Source of the DNA: Patescibacteria group bacterium | Lineage (GTDB): Bacteria; Acidobacteriota; Terriglobia; Acidiferrales; UBA7541 | Direction of reading: 5' to 3' | Length of the DNA stretch: 40,000 nucleotides | Assembly (NCBI GenBank): GCA_035533975.1 | Contig: DATLSU010000020.1 | Location: 37,181 to 77,180, forward strand | Shown here: positions 26,605-36,741 of the stretch, in pieces | Layout: each line of letters begins with the position of its first letter | How positions within the stretch are numbered: position 1 is the stretch's first letter | Program-made: the position numbers and the translations under genes | The notes under the pieces: model-generated | What the model was told of the DNA's origin: nothing | What the model saw: the letters and a program-made list of their open reading frames with translations, nothing else | Databases searched by the model: none

Positions 26605-29109
26605 TCAGGCTTGATGTAAAAGGGTCGGTCGAATTTTTCCATACACCGACTCCGGCTGTGGATCGAAGAAGCGGTACGCTGCCAGTTTCACGCGGTCATT
26701 GAGCAAAAACCAGGCGAGGGCGTACATCCAGACAAACGCCGCCCAGCCCCAGCCGATCGGGGGCATCAGGATTCCGTAAACGGCAAGCAGCGTGGCAATC
26801 GCCTGGGTGCCCACGACGGCCGAGAAAAGCACCGCCGCCGGCCGCAGCGTCCAGAAAGGACGGCGCGTGCGCGTGACGAAGATTGTGAGGTGGCCGGCAA
26901 CCGAGAGCTTGAGATACATGAAGGACTGAATGGTTTCGCGCCCGAGGTGAAAAACGCGCTCGCCGAGATAGAACAGGCCAAAGGAAGCGACGACGCCGAT
27001 GATCCCGAGGACCGTTGAAACGCCGAGCACGCGCCGCATGTTCCAGGCTTCGGGGATGTTGGCGTAGCGCACGCGGTCGTAGGCGATGGACAGAATCGCT
27101 CCGTCGTTGAGGATCGCCAGCAGCACGATCATGACCGCGGTGACGGGATAGAAATTGAAGACGAGAATGGCCAGCGTCATAAACAGAAGAACGCGGATCG
27201 TTTCCGCGATGCGGTAGATCGCGTAGCTGTTCATCCGCTGGAACATCTTGCGGCTTTCCTTGATTGCGTCGACGATCACCGATAGCCCCGGCGCCAGCAG
27301 GGCGATATCGGCGGCCGAGCGCGCCGCGTCGGTCGCGCCGGAGACGGCGATGCCGGCGTCGGCCTGCTTGAGCGCGGGAGCGTCGTTCACGCCGTCGCCG
27401 GTCATGCCGACGATGTGTTTTTCGTTCTGTAATGCCTGAACGATGCGGAACTTGTGTTCGGGGAAGACCTGAGCGAAGCCGTCGGCTTGCTCGATCTGCT
27501 TGGCGAACCGGCCGGTTTCGTAATGTTCCGTTTCTCCGAGAATCGAGGCATCCAGGATGTTCTGGCCGAGCCCAAGTTGCCGGGCCATTTCCTTGGCGAT
27601 GGCCGTCTGATCGCCGGTGACCATTTTCACGCGGATGCCCATTTGCGTGGCGGTCTCGATCATCGGCCGGGAATCCTCGCGCGGCGGATCGAACAGGGGA
27701 AGGACGCCGAGAAACTGCCAGCGGCCCTCTTCGCCCGCGCGCGCGACTCCCAGGGAGCGAAAGCCGCGAGAGGCGAATTCGCCGACCGCTTTTAAGACGC
27801 CGGCGCGAACGCTATCGGCGTCGGCGGCCATAGCCAGGATGACTTGGGGCGCGCCCTTGGTCACGCGAAAGCGGGTTTTATCGGGTCCGATGATGTCGGC
27901 TTCGGTGCGTTTGTGGACCGGGTCGAACGGCTGGAAATGGGCGATGGCGTAGGGATCGGTGGCGCGGGGGTCTTTGAGCCCGCTGAAGACGGCGAGGTCG
28001 ATGGGGTCCTGGTCCTCGGCGCGGGAAGCCAGGGCGGCGGCGAGAATCACGCCGCCCGGCTCGACGCCGGGCGCGCAAAAGGGCTCGGCGAGTGTGAGCC
28101 GGTTCTGGGTGAGTGTTCCGGTTTTATCGCAGCAGAGCACGTCGATGCCGGCCAGCTCCTCCATCGCCGCCAGGTGCGTGACGATCGCCCGCTTGTGAGC
28201 CAGGGTGCGGGCGCCGACGGCCATCGTGACGGAAAGGACCGCGGGCATGGCGACGGGAACGGCGGCCACGGTGAGAACCAGGGCGAACTCGACGGTCGTC
28301 ACCATCCGGTCGTGCCGGACGAAGGCCACCGCGAGAATCAGAATCACCAGGGCCAGGGCGATGACGATCAGGAAGTTGCCGATCCGGAGAACGGCGCGCT
28401 GGAAGTGGCTGACGTTGCGGGCCGTTTCCACCAGATGGGCCGTCTTGCCGAAATAGGTGTTTGGGCCGGTGCCGAAGACTAGCGCGTCGGTTTCTCCTTG
28501 CTTCAGAATCGAACCGGAATAGACCGTATCGCCCGTCTTTCGTTCGACCGGGAGGGATTCTCCGGTTAGCGCCGACTGATCGACTTCGACGGGATCGCCT
28601 TCGAGCAGGCGGGCGTCGGCGGGAATCACGTCGCCGATTCGCACGCGAATCCGGTCGCCGGGCACCAGCTCGCGCGCGGCGATGGAAGTCCAGGCGCCAT
28701 CGCGTTTGGCGCGGGCCTGGAGCGCGAGCGTGGCTTTGAGGGCGGCGACGGCGTTGCCGGCCTGATACTCCTCCCAGAAGCCGACGCCCGCGTTCATCAG
28801 CAGCAGCGCGGAAATGATGTAGAAATCCTCCCAGTGGCGAACCACGACGGAGAGAATCGCCGCCACTTCGATCATCCAGGGAATCGGGCCCCAAAAATAG
28901 GAGAGGAATTTCAGGAGCGGATTGGCTTTTTCCTCGGGCAGCTCGTTCCAGCCGTATTTCGCGAGCCGCTTTTTCGCCTCGGCCTGGCTGAGTCCGGCGG
29001 CCGTGGCGGACAGGGTTGCGTAGAGTTCCTCGATGCTTGGCGCGGGCGGATTGGCCTGGGCGGAAGAGGCAGCCGTGGCAGGGTGCGAAGATGGGGATCT
29101 CACTGCCAT
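26605..29109 (-). CDS. P-type ATPase, plasma-membrane H+-ATPase-like (P3A subfamily)
   Basis: CDKTGTLTQN phosphorylation motif, MVTGDQ and GDGVNDAPALKQADAGIAV. N-terminus GLSQAEAKKRLAKYGWNELPEEKANPLLKFLSYFWGPIPWMIE resembles proton-pump type ATPases. Confidence 0.85.
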   Translation of the reverse strand: MAVRSPSSHPATAASSAQANPPAPSIEELYATLSATAAGLSQAEAKKRLAKYGWNELPEEKANPLLKFLSYFWGPIPWMIEVAAILSVVVRHWEDFYIISALLLMNAGVGFWEEYQAGNAVAALKATLALQARAKRDGAWTSIAARELVPGDRIRVRIGDVIPADARLLEGDPVEVDQSALTGESLPVERKTGDTVYSGSILKQGETDALVFGTGPNTYFGKTAHLVETARNVSHFQRAVLRIGNFLIVIALALVILILAVAFVRHDRMVTTVEFALVLTVAAVPVAMPAVLSVTMAVGARTLAHKRAIVTHLAAMEELAGIDVLCCDKTGTLTQNRLTLAEPFCAPGVEPGGVILAAALASRAEDQDPIDLAVFSGLKDPRATDPYAIAHFQPFDPVHKRTEADIIGPDKTRFRVTKGAPQVILAMAADADSVRAGVLKAVGEFASRGFRSLGVARAGEEGRWQFLGVLPLFDPPREDSRPMIETATQMGIRVKMVTGDQTAIAKEMARQLGLGQNILDASILGETEHYETGRFAKQIEQADGFAQVFPEHKFRIVQALQNEKHIVGMTGDGVNDAPALKQADAGIAVSGATDAARSAADIALLAPGLSVIVDAIKESRKMFQRMNSYAIYRIAETIRVLLFMTLAILVFNFYPVTAVMIVLLAILNDGAILSIAYDRVRYANIPEAWNMRRVLGVSTVLGIIGVVASFGLFYLGERVFHLGRETIQSFMYLKLSVAGHLTIFVTRTRRPFWTLRPAAVLFSAVVGTQAIATLLAVYGILMPPIGWGWAAFVWMYALAWFLLNDRVKLAAYRFFDPQPESVYGKIRPTLLHQA

Positions 29110-29125
29110 CGGCTATCTCCGAAAC

Positions 29126-29569
29126 TCAACGGCCGCGGCCGCTGCGAACGACCATGACGGAGCAAGGCGCGTGACGGACAACCGCGTCGGAAACGCTTCC
29201 CATGAGAAAGCGTTCGAGCGCCTTGCGCCCATGGGAACCGACCACGATCAGGTCCGCTTTCCATTTTTTCGCGACATCGACAATCTTGCTTCGCGGGTCG
29301 CCTTGCATGACCATCGTCTTCACTTCGAGGTTCTTGGCGCGGAGATCGCCGGCAATTTTCAGCGTCATGGCTTGGGCGGCCTTGCGCTCTTGCTGCCAGA
29401 TGGTCCTCATATCGGAGTCGTAGCCGGCCAGTCCCCGGGCGATCAGAGCCGTCGGCGGCTCGACTACATGTAAGACGCGGACCTGAGTATGCGGCGGGGC
29501 CAAAGCCTGGATGGCCTTGGCCGCGGCCTTGGAGAATTTTGAGCCATCAATGGCGAGCAGGATTCTCAT
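29126..29569 (-). CDS. Universal stress protein (UspA family)
   Basis: MRILLAIDGS ... ADLIVVGSHGRKALERFLMGSVSDAVVRHAPCSVMVV. GGAGGAG RBS before ATG 29569. Confidence 0.88.
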   Translation of the reverse strand: MRILLAIDGSKFSKAAAKAIQALAPPHTQVRVLHVVEPPTALIARGLAGYDSDMRTIWQQERKAAQAMTLKIAGDLRAKNLEVKTMVMQGDPRSKIVDVAKKWKADLIVVGSHGRKALERFLMGSVSDAVVRHAPCSVMVVRSGRGR

Positions 29570-29809
29570 ATATCTCCTCCGCATGGGGGTGCAAACCATG
29601 GGCCGTTGTGGCGGCCATTCCATCTTCCATTGTGTCAAGTACTTGGACTGCACTATAGGGTCCAGCGGCTAGCGGTCAAGTGATTTGGCGCAGGCCTTCG
29701 TGTTAAATGACCGCGGACGGCCGGCTCGTGGGCGACGCTGCGCGGAAGTTGAATTCGGCGGCAACCACGCCGTTGCAGAGGGTAGAATCGGGCTTCGACG
29801 GGAGGCACA

Positions 29810-31459
29810 ATGCCGATTCATCCGCTCGCGGGCAAGCCGGCGCCGGCCGATCTGCTGATCGACCCGGCAAAGCTGTGCAAGCTGTACTACGATCGCCAGC
29901 CCGATCCCGGCGACCCCGGCCAGCGCGTCGTCTTCGGAACCAGCGGGCATCGAGGCACGCCGGGCGAGGGAACCTTCACCGAGGCTCACATCCTGGCCAT
30001 CGCGCAGGCAATTTGCGACTACCGGCGCAGCCTCCGGATCGACGGCCCGATCTTCGTCGGCAAGGACACCCACGCGCTCTCGGACCCGGCACAGCAGACG
30101 GCTCTCGAGGTCTTGGCCGGGAACGAAATGGAGACCTGCATTCAGCGCGCCGGCGAAGCGACACCGATTCCCGCCGTCTCGCGGGCCATCCTCCGGCACA
30201 ACCGCGCCGGGGAAAAGGGACAGGCCGATGGAATCATCATCAGTCCCTCGCACAATCCCCCCGCTGACGGCGGCATCAAGTACAACCCGCCGAACGCAGG
30301 TCCGGCGGATACCGATGTGACGGCGTGGATCGAGGATCGCGCCAACGAGTTGCTGCGCGCGGCGAACGCGGAGGTCAAGCGGTTGGCGGCGGGCGCGGCC
30401 AAAAGCGCGACGACCACGCACGAATATGACTTCATCCTCCCCTACGTCCGGGAACTGGGCGGCGCGATCGACATGGAAGCGATTCGGAGGGCGCGCCTGC
30501 GGCTGGGAGCGGACCCGCTGGGCGGCTCTTCGCTCGACTATTGGGGGCCGATCAGCGAGATCTACCATCTCGATATCGAGGTCGTGAATACGAAGCTGGA
30601 TCCCGCTTTCGGATTCATGCCGGTGGATCGTGACGGAAAAATCCGGATGGATTGCTCGAGTCCGTACGCCATGGCGAAGCTGGTTGGGTTAAAGGACCGT
30701 TTCGATGTGGCTTTCGGGAACGATCCCGACGCCGATCGCCACGGCATCGTCACTCCCTCGACGGGGTTGATGAATCCCAACCACTATTTGGCGGCGGCGA
30801 TCGGCTATCTGCTGACGCACCGGCCGGCGTGGCGGCGCGAGGCCGCCGTCGGCAAGACGCTGGTCAGCAGCAGCATGATCGACCGTGTGGTGGAAAGCGA
30901 AAACCGGCGGCTGTGCGAAGTTCCGGTGGGATTCAAATGGTTCGCGCAAGGGCTTTTCGAAGCCAGCTTGTGTTTTGGCGGCGAGGAGAGCGCCGGCGCC
31001 AGCTTTCTGGACCGGAACGGGTCGGTCTGGACGACCGACAAGGACGGTCCGCTGATGGATTTACTGGCCGCGGAAATCACCGCGACGACGGGAAAGGATC
31101 CCGGCCAGCACTACGAGGAACTGACCGCGCGCTTCGGCGCGCCGCAATATCAGCGCGTCGATCTGCCTGCCACCCGGGAGCAGAAGCAGCGGCTGAAGCA
31201 ACTGAAGCCGGAAGCGATCGTGGAAAAAGAGCTGGCCGGCGAGCCGATCCTGGCGACGCTCACCCGGGCGCCCGGCAACGGCGCCAGCATCGGCGGGTTG
31301 AAGGTGGTGGCCAAAAGCGGTTGGTTCGCCACGCGGCCCTCGGGCACGGAGAACATCTTGAAGATCTACGCGGAGAGCTTCCACGGGGCCTCGCACCTGA
31401 GCGCGATCCTGCGCGAGGCCCGGGAAATCGTTGCGCGGGCGCTTGCCGCCGGAGGCTAG
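29810..31459 (+). CDS. pgm: Phosphoglucomutase, alpha-D-glucose phosphate-specific
   Basis: FGTSGHRGT, active-site SPSHNPPADGGIKYN, and GEESAGASF. Confidence 0.92.
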   Translation: MPIHPLAGKPAPADLLIDPAKLCKLYYDRQPDPGDPGQRVVFGTSGHRGTPGEGTFTEAHILAIAQAICDYRRSLRIDGPIFVGKDTHALSDPAQQTALEVLAGNEMETCIQRAGEATPIPAVSRAILRHNRAGEKGQADGIIISPSHNPPADGGIKYNPPNAGPADTDVTAWIEDRANELLRAANAEVKRLAAGAAKSATTTHEYDFILPYVRELGGAIDMEAIRRARLRLGADPLGGSSLDYWGPISEIYHLDIEVVNTKLDPAFGFMPVDRDGKIRMDCSSPYAMAKLVGLKDRFDVAFGNDPDADRHGIVTPSTGLMNPNHYLAAAIGYLLTHRPAWRREAAVGKTLVSSSMIDRVVESENRRLCEVPVGFKWFAQGLFEASLCFGGEESAGASFLDRNGSVWTTDKDGPLMDLLAAEITATTGKDPGQHYEELTARFGAPQYQRVDLPATREQKQRLKQLKPEAIVEKELAGEPILATLTRAPGNGASIGGLKVVAKSGWFATRPSGTENILKIYAESFHGASHLSAILREAREIVARALAAGG

Positions 31460-32595
31460 CGCCTCTTTTTCTTGTTCTTGTCTTTTTCCGCCCCCGGGGC
31501 GACGAACTGCGTGTTTACGCCGGCGCCCAGCTGCTGCAGGACCTGCAAGGCCTGCTTGGCGTCTCCGGCGTGGGGCCCGGTAGGGGCGAGCGTGAGATAT
31601 TTCTGGAAAGCTTCGGCCGTGCCGGGTTGGATGATGGCCGTCAGCTTGCCGTTGACCATTTTGCTCTGCATCGCGTTCATGAGAGCCTCGCCAAGCAGAT
31701 ACCAGGTGTCCGGATAGGAAGGATCGGCCTGGGCGGCCTTTTGCAGCGGACCAACGGCTTTCTGCATCTGGCTGGTGTTGTAGAGCACGACGCCGATATT
31801 ACGCCAGCAAGTGCCGCCGGTCTGGGGCGAAAGCGTGGCCACCTTATCGCAATCGGCGCTGGCCTCATCAATCTTGCCGGAATAGGCCAGGTTCGTCGCT
31901 GCCCCCAGCAGGAGGCCCGGGTCGGTGGGCTTGAGCACGGCTGCCTTGGAGAACGAGTCGGCGGCCTGGTCGTGTTTGCCCGCAAACTCGTAGGCCAGCC
32001 CCAGATTGCCCAGGATGACGGGCATATTCGTGTCGGTGGGAGATTCGGCTTGCTGCGCCGCCAGCAGAGCGGTGATGGCCGTCTGGCTGAGCTGCGCGAT
32101 CTGCTGCTGGGTTGCCGCGTGCTGCGCGGCGGGCTCGGTCTGCAGCTGTGTTTGCAGGGCCTGGGCCTGCTTCATCGCGCCGACTCCCTCATCGAAGCGC
32201 TTCTTGACTTGCGTGAACTGCTTCTGCTTCCGGAGTTGCGCGGCAAGTTTGGGGTTTTGCCCGATCAGCTTCTGGAAGTTGAGGTCCTGTTTGAGCGGCG
32301 AGCCGGATGAGATATGGATCTGGGATGACTGGGGCGGATACTCCGGCGTGTCGAAGGTAATCTTATAATCCCCCGCAGGCACCTTTTCGAAGGAGTACTT
32401 GCCGGCCGCGTCCGTGGTCGCGGTGAAGTGGGCGCCGGTCTTCGCATTGTCGATCGTCACGGTCACCCCCTGCCACGGCTTGCCGGTATCGTCCTCCACC
32501 GACCCGTTCACGCCGCCGACCGACTGGGCGATGGCGGCGGCAACCAGCACTCCAGCCATGGCCACGACCGCTAAAGTTGTTTTCCAATGCCTCAT
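31456..32595 (-). CDS. Secreted CarboxypepD_reg-like domain plus TPR-repeat protein
   Basis: Signal peptide MRHWKTTLAVVAMAGVLVAAAIA. VTVTIDNAKTGAHFTATTDAAGKYSFEKVPAGDYKITF beta-sandwich motif. TPR-like C-terminus. GAGGAGG RBS. Confidence 0.8.
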   Translation of the reverse strand: MRHWKTTLAVVAMAGVLVAAAIAQSVGGVNGSVEDDTGKPWQGVTVTIDNAKTGAHFTATTDAAGKYSFEKVPAGDYKITFDTPEYPPQSSQIHISSGSPLKQDLNFQKLIGQNPKLAAQLRKQKQFTQVKKRFDEGVGAMKQAQALQTQLQTEPAAQHAATQQQIAQLSQTAITALLAAQQAESPTDTNMPVILGNLGLAYEFAGKHDQAADSFSKAAVLKPTDPGLLLGAATNLAYSGKIDEASADCDKVATLSPQTGGTCWRNIGVVLYNTSQMQKAVGPLQKAAQADPSYPDTWYLLGEALMNAMQSKMVNGKLTAIIQPGTAEAFQKYLTLAPTGPHAGDAKQALQVLQQLGAGVNTQFVAPGAEKDKNKKKRR

Positions 32596-32630
32596 GACGA
32601 GCTTCCTCCTCGGAACGTTCGATGTGTCTT

Positions 32631-33317
32631 TCAGGGCGCTACCCGCGCCCGGTACGGGATCGGATCCGCGATGCCTGCGCGCACAAACGCGCGCAGGCGC
32701 AAAACGCAACTGTCGCACACCCCGCAAGCTTCGTCCTCGAATTGATAGCAGGACCATGTTTTCCCGAGCGGGGCCGACAGTTCCAATCCCTTTCTGACGA
32801 TCTGTTCCTTGCTCATTTCAATCACCGGCGTTCGAATCTCGATGCCGCTCCCCGGCCGCGTGCCCTGGCGAACGACCTCGGCAAACGCTCGATAATACTC
32901 CGGACGGCAGTCGGGATAACCGGAACTATCCTCGGCTACCGCGCCGATAAAGACAACTCCGGCGCCGATGACTTCGGCCCAACTCACCGCCACCGCCAGG
33001 AAATGCGCGTTGCGGAAGGGAACGTAGGTCACCGGTATCTCCGGGCCGGGGCCGGTCTCGGGAATCGGGATCGACCGATCGAGCAGGGCCGACCCTCCGA
33101 TCTGGCGGAAATGGTCCAGGCGTGCCACCAGGCGGTCATCGGCGCCGTAGAAATCGCAGATGTCGTCGAACGCCTGCCGTTCGCGGCGCTCGGTGCGTTG
33201 CCCGTAACTGACGTGGACCATCGCCAAGCGGTGCCTCTGGGCGGCGATCGCCGCGGCAACGCAGGAGTCCATGCCCCCGCTGAGCAGCACGACCGCCTTG
33301 GAACCATCCCCTTTCAT
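32631..33317 (-). CDS. queC: 7-cyano-7-deazaguanine synthase
   Basis: KAVVLLSGGMDSCV PP-loop and C-terminal Zn site CGVCDSCVLR. Confidence 0.92.
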   Translation of the reverse strand: MKGDGSKAVVLLSGGMDSCVAAAIAAQRHRLAMVHVSYGQRTERRERQAFDDICDFYGADDRLVARLDHFRQIGGSALLDRSIPIPETGPGPEIPVTYVPFRNAHFLAVAVSWAEVIGAGVVFIGAVAEDSSGYPDCRPEYYRAFAEVVRQGTRPGSGIEIRTPVIEMSKEQIVRKGLELSAPLGKTWSCYQFEDEACGVCDSCVLRLRAFVRAGIADPIPYRARVAP

Positions 33318-33341
33318 TGCCTCTCTTCCATCAGATGCCGC

Positions 33342-34037
33342 CTAAACGCCTCGCGTCGCTGGGTCCCAGATCTGCTTGTGGATCTGCAGACCCAGACGCA
33401 CCGGCAGACCATCGGCCAATATCCATTCGGCGAGCGAGCGCGGCTCCAAACCATCCCACGCGGCGGCTGGGTCGGCGGCAACCGGCGAGAAAATCACTTG
33501 TCCGGCGCGCTCGGCCAAGCGATGCTCGGCGGCGAAGTCCCGGGCGAACTCATAGTCGCGCCGGCTGGCGATCACGAATTTCACCTCGTCCTTCCCGTCG
33601 AGCGCGTCGAGGTTGTCCATGCGAAAGGTCCCGCACTGGCCCGAATCGGGGCATTTCACGTCGACGATCTTCACCACTGCCTGGGGCAGGGAACCGATTG
33701 CTCGCTCGCCACTGGTTTCAATCATTACCTGATAACCTTCGTCCACAAGGCGCCGGGCCAGCGAGGTGGCCTCGGGTTGCAGCAGCGGTTCGCCTCCAGT
33801 TAGTTCGACCAAACGAAGCGGCGATCCGTTTCGTCCGGCTAAGGCGCGTACCTGCCCCAGCACCTCATCGATTGTCATTCGCCGTCCGCCGTAGAAGGCG
33901 TAGGCCGTGTCGCACCACCGGCAGCGAAGGTTGCATCCGGTGAGGCGAACGAAGATGCACGGCTTGCCGGCGTGACTGCTCTCGCCTTGAATCGAACGGA
34001 AAATTTCGCTGACAACCATCGAAGCGATCCGGGTCAA
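33342..34037 (-). CDS. queE: 7-carboxy-7-deazaguanine synthase (radical SAM)
   Basis: EIFRSIQGESSHAGKPCIFVRLTGCNLRCRWCDTAY. Confidence 0.9.
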   Translation of the reverse strand: MTRIASMVVSEIFRSIQGESSHAGKPCIFVRLTGCNLRCRWCDTAYAFYGGRRMTIDEVLGQVRALAGRNGSPLRLVELTGGEPLLQPEATSLARRLVDEGYQVMIETSGERAIGSLPQAVVKIVDVKCPDSGQCGTFRMDNLDALDGKDEVKFVIASRRDYEFARDFAAEHRLAERAGQVIFSPVAADPAAAWDGLEPRSLAEWILADGLPVRLGLQIHKQIWDPATRGV

Positions 34038-34240
34038 CGCGCCATGGGCGTGCGGCCCTGGCCGGCAGCGAGTTGCTCGGCCGCCCGGCGGCGCCGGGAA
34101 TCGACTTTGGCGACAACCGCCATCACCAGCGTCAGCCCGATCGCTACGGTCAGAGCGACCCAGCGCCCCCAGAGCACCGCCGCGTAGAATGCCGCCACTC
34201 CCACCGCGGGAACGCCGATAATGATGAACGCGCGATTCAT
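34034..34240 (-). CDS. Small membrane protein embedded in the que operon, 68 aa
   Basis: MNRAFIIIGVPAVGVAAFYAAVLWGRWVALTVAIGLTLVMAVV gives two hydrophobic helices. ATGA overlaps with both queD (upstream) and queE (downstream). Confidence 0.55.
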   Translation of the reverse strand: MNRAFIIIGVPAVGVAAFYAAVLWGRWVALTVAIGLTLVMAVVAKVDSRRRRAAEQLAAGQGRTPMAR

Positions 34241-34665
34241 CGGGTTGCCTCGTCCGCGTCGCCTTGGCCGCCGGGCCAATAGGTGGCCGCGGCCGTGTCG
34301 GTTTCCCAAACGGTGACGTTCTTGATTTTGGGCCCGTCCGCTTGGGGCGGGAATCGCCGCGCGGTTTCGTCGTAAAAGTATTTCGCCAGATTTTCGGCCG
34401 AGGGATTGCGCTCGTCGAATGGGGCTTGGTCGTTCAGATACTTGTGATCGAGCCCCGACATCACCTCGCGCATCGATTGTTTCAGGGAGGAGAAATCGCA
34501 GAGCAGTCCCGTCCGGTCCAGCGTGGGGCCTTCCATCGTGAGCCGGACCTTGTAATTGTGTCCGTGTGGGTTCTCACACTTGCCTTTGTACCCGCGCAGG
34601 GCATGGCCCGCCGAGAAGCTTCCCTCGACATAGATCTCAAACATCGCCGGTTCCACCACATGCAT
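34237..34665 (-). CDS. queD: 6-carboxy-5,6,7,8-tetrahydropterin synthase
   Basis: FSAGHALRGYKGKCENPHGHNYKV matches the QueD/PTPS His-Cys motif. An alternative start lies at 34644. Confidence 0.9.
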   Translation of the reverse strand: MHVVEPAMFEIYVEGSFSAGHALRGYKGKCENPHGHNYKVRLTMEGPTLDRTGLLCDFSSLKQSMREVMSGLDHKYLNDQAPFDERNPSAENLAKYFYDETARRFPPQADGPKIKNVTVWETDTAAATYWPGGQGDADEATR

Positions 34666-36639
34666 TCACGTCGGTTCCCACCCGGTTTCACGGCCGGCCA
34701 TGAATTTTTCGACGTCCGCCAGGTTCTCGCTGACCGTATAGTCAGGCAGCGATTCCAAGAAAATTTTACCATACGATTTACGGTGAATCCGGTTGTCGAG
34801 GATCACCAGCACTCCCCGGTCGCTGCGCGAGCGCACCAGACGGCCGAAGCCCTGCTTGAGAGCCAGGACCGCCTCGGGCACCTGATATTCCACAAAGGCG
34901 TTGCGCCCCTCCTCGGCGAGCGCCCGGACGCGCGCCGCGACCACCGGATCGCTCGGGACGGCGAACGGCAGCCGGTCGACGATGACGCAGGAGAGCTGCT
35001 CGCCCGGCACGTCGATGCCCTGCCAGAACGTGGAGGTCGCAAATAGCACGGCGCCGGGCGTTTGCCGGAAGCGATCGAGCAGCGCCGATCGTGGCGCCGT
35101 GCCCTGCAGGAGCAGCGGGTAATCGAGCCGCTCCGCGAGGCGCTGGTAGACTTCCCGCATCTGGCTGTAGCTGGTGAACAGGCAGAAGGCGCGTCCCCGG
35201 GTGATTTCGAGCACCTTCTCGATCTCGTCCGCCGCGCGGGCGGCAAAGGAGGGTTCCCGCACGTCGGGCAGACTAGGCGGGACGTAGAGCAGCGCTTGGC
35301 TCTGGTAATCGAATTCGTGCGCGAGCACGTTCTCGCTCGCCCCGTCGATACCGAGCCGCTGCTTGAGATAATCGAATTTCCCCTCGACGGCGAGCGTGGC
35401 CGAAGTCAGTACGACCGTATCGAAGGTCTCGAAGAGTTTCTGGCGCAGAAGGGTGCTCACGTCGATCGGGGTTGCCGCCAGGAATATGCCCTTGCCCCGC
35501 CGCTCGAACCAGTAGACGAAGCCGCGCTGGTCGGTTTCCACCAGAAAGGTCAGCTCGCCGCGCAATGCCGCGACGCGCCGGGCGACCGCAAGCAGTTCCT
35601 CGGGCCGGCCCTTCACCGCGGCGAGCTCGGCTTCCAGACGCCGCGCCGCGCCGGCCAGGGAGTCGTAGTATTCGCGGTTCTGCTCGAGGAATTGGGCCCG
35701 GGCTTCGGCTTCGAAGGGGAACCGGCCCTCCGATTGCGGAAAGCGGGAAAACCATTCGCGCGCGCTTTCGCGCAGCTTGGCGATCCGCTGCAGCAGATCC
35801 GCCGAGCCGCCGGCGCCCAGCCGGACCGCCTGCTCCGCGTCGCGCGCCAGATCCTCGAAGCGCCAATTCGAGATTTGCCGGCCGAAATAATCGCTGGCAA
35901 CGTCTTCGATCTCGTGCGCTTCGTCGAAGATCACCGCCGAGTATTCCGGCAAAATCGAGCCGAAATCGTCCTGGCGAATGGCCAGGTCGGCGAAAAACAG
36001 ATGATGATTGACGATCACCAGATCGGCTTCCCGCGCCCGTTGGTGCATCCAAGTGATGAAACAGCGGCTAAATTCGGGGCATTTCTGGCCCGAGCAGGTT
36101 TCGCTGCGCGCGTCCAGGCGGGGCCACAGCCCTGCGTCGTCGGGAAGAAAATCCAGCTCGGCGCGGTCGCCGGACTCGGTCCGGGGCTCCCAGTGGCGGA
36201 TGCGCTCGAGCCAGTCAACCTCGTCGAGATCCTTGAGCAGCGGGCGCTGGCCGAGTAGATGGAGCTTTTGGCGGCAGAGGAAGTTGCTGCGTCCCTTCAT
36301 TATGGCCGCTTTCAAGCCGGGCGAGAGATAGCGCTGGAGGAACGGGATGTCCTTCTGAAAGAGCTGCTCCTGCAAGGATTTTGTGGCCGTCGAAATCACC
36401 ACCGTGCGGCCGCTGCGGATCGCGGGCACCAAATAGGCGAGCGTTTTGCCGGTTCCCGTGCCCGCTTCGACCACCAGATGGCGGCGTTTGTCGAACGCCT
36501 GCTCGACCATCTGCGCCATGGCGAGCTGCGAAGGACGGAATTCGTACCCCGGATGGCAGCGTTCGAGCAGGCCGCCGGGACCGAAAATCTCCGGCAGCGT
36601 CACAACTGGGGAATCATTTGAAGGTGCCGTTGAGGACAT
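34666..36639 (-). CDS. dinG: DinG/XPD-family ATP-dependent DNA helicase with Fe-S cluster cysteines, 657 aa
   Basis: VVEAGTGTGKTLAYLVP Walker A, VIFDEAHEIED DEAH box, and cysteines FLCRQK and CSGQKCPEFSRCF. The N-terminal 568 codons of the ORF-track entry are antisense shadow of der. Confidence 0.85.
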   Translation of the reverse strand: MSSTAPSNDSPVVTLPEIFGPGGLLERCHPGYEFRPSQLAMAQMVEQAFDKRRHLVVEAGTGTGKTLAYLVPAIRSGRTVVISTATKSLQEQLFQKDIPFLQRYLSPGLKAAIMKGRSNFLCRQKLHLLGQRPLLKDLDEVDWLERIRHWEPRTESGDRAELDFLPDDAGLWPRLDARSETCSGQKCPEFSRCFITWMHQRAREADLVIVNHHLFFADLAIRQDDFGSILPEYSAVIFDEAHEIEDVASDYFGRQISNWRFEDLARDAEQAVRLGAGGSADLLQRIAKLRESAREWFSRFPQSEGRFPFEAEARAQFLEQNREYYDSLAGAARRLEAELAAVKGRPEELLAVARRVAALRGELTFLVETDQRGFVYWFERRGKGIFLAATPIDVSTLLRQKLFETFDTVVLTSATLAVEGKFDYLKQRLGIDGASENVLAHEFDYQSQALLYVPPSLPDVREPSFAARAADEIEKVLEITRGRAFCLFTSYSQMREVYQRLAERLDYPLLLQGTAPRSALLDRFRQTPGAVLFATSTFWQGIDVPGEQLSCVIVDRLPFAVPSDPVVAARVRALAEEGRNAFVEYQVPEAVLALKQGFGRLVRSRSDRGVLVILDNRIHRKSYGKIFLESLPDYTVSENLADVEKFMAGRETGWEPT

Positions 36640-36741
36640 GCAAATGGACCGCGGCGGGCGCGTCCGCCGACTTCCGGTTAAAATAGCATAGAACCAGCGA
36701 CCGTGCCGGTCCGTCCGGCAAACGGCGCTCGCTTCCCGCCC

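Noticed and set aside
31455-31460. CTAG shared by the convergent pgm and TPR-gene stop codons
   Set aside because: This is a 4-nt convergent overlap of two stop codons. It is a common compaction feature, with no hairpin or other signal evident.
32631-36639. queC/queD/queE next to a DinG-like helicase as a Dpd-type 7-deazaguanine DNA-modification or restriction island
   Set aside because: No dpdA/tgt-like transglycosylase or other dpd genes occur in the window. The composition is host-like. This is most simply the tRNA queuosine precursor operon.
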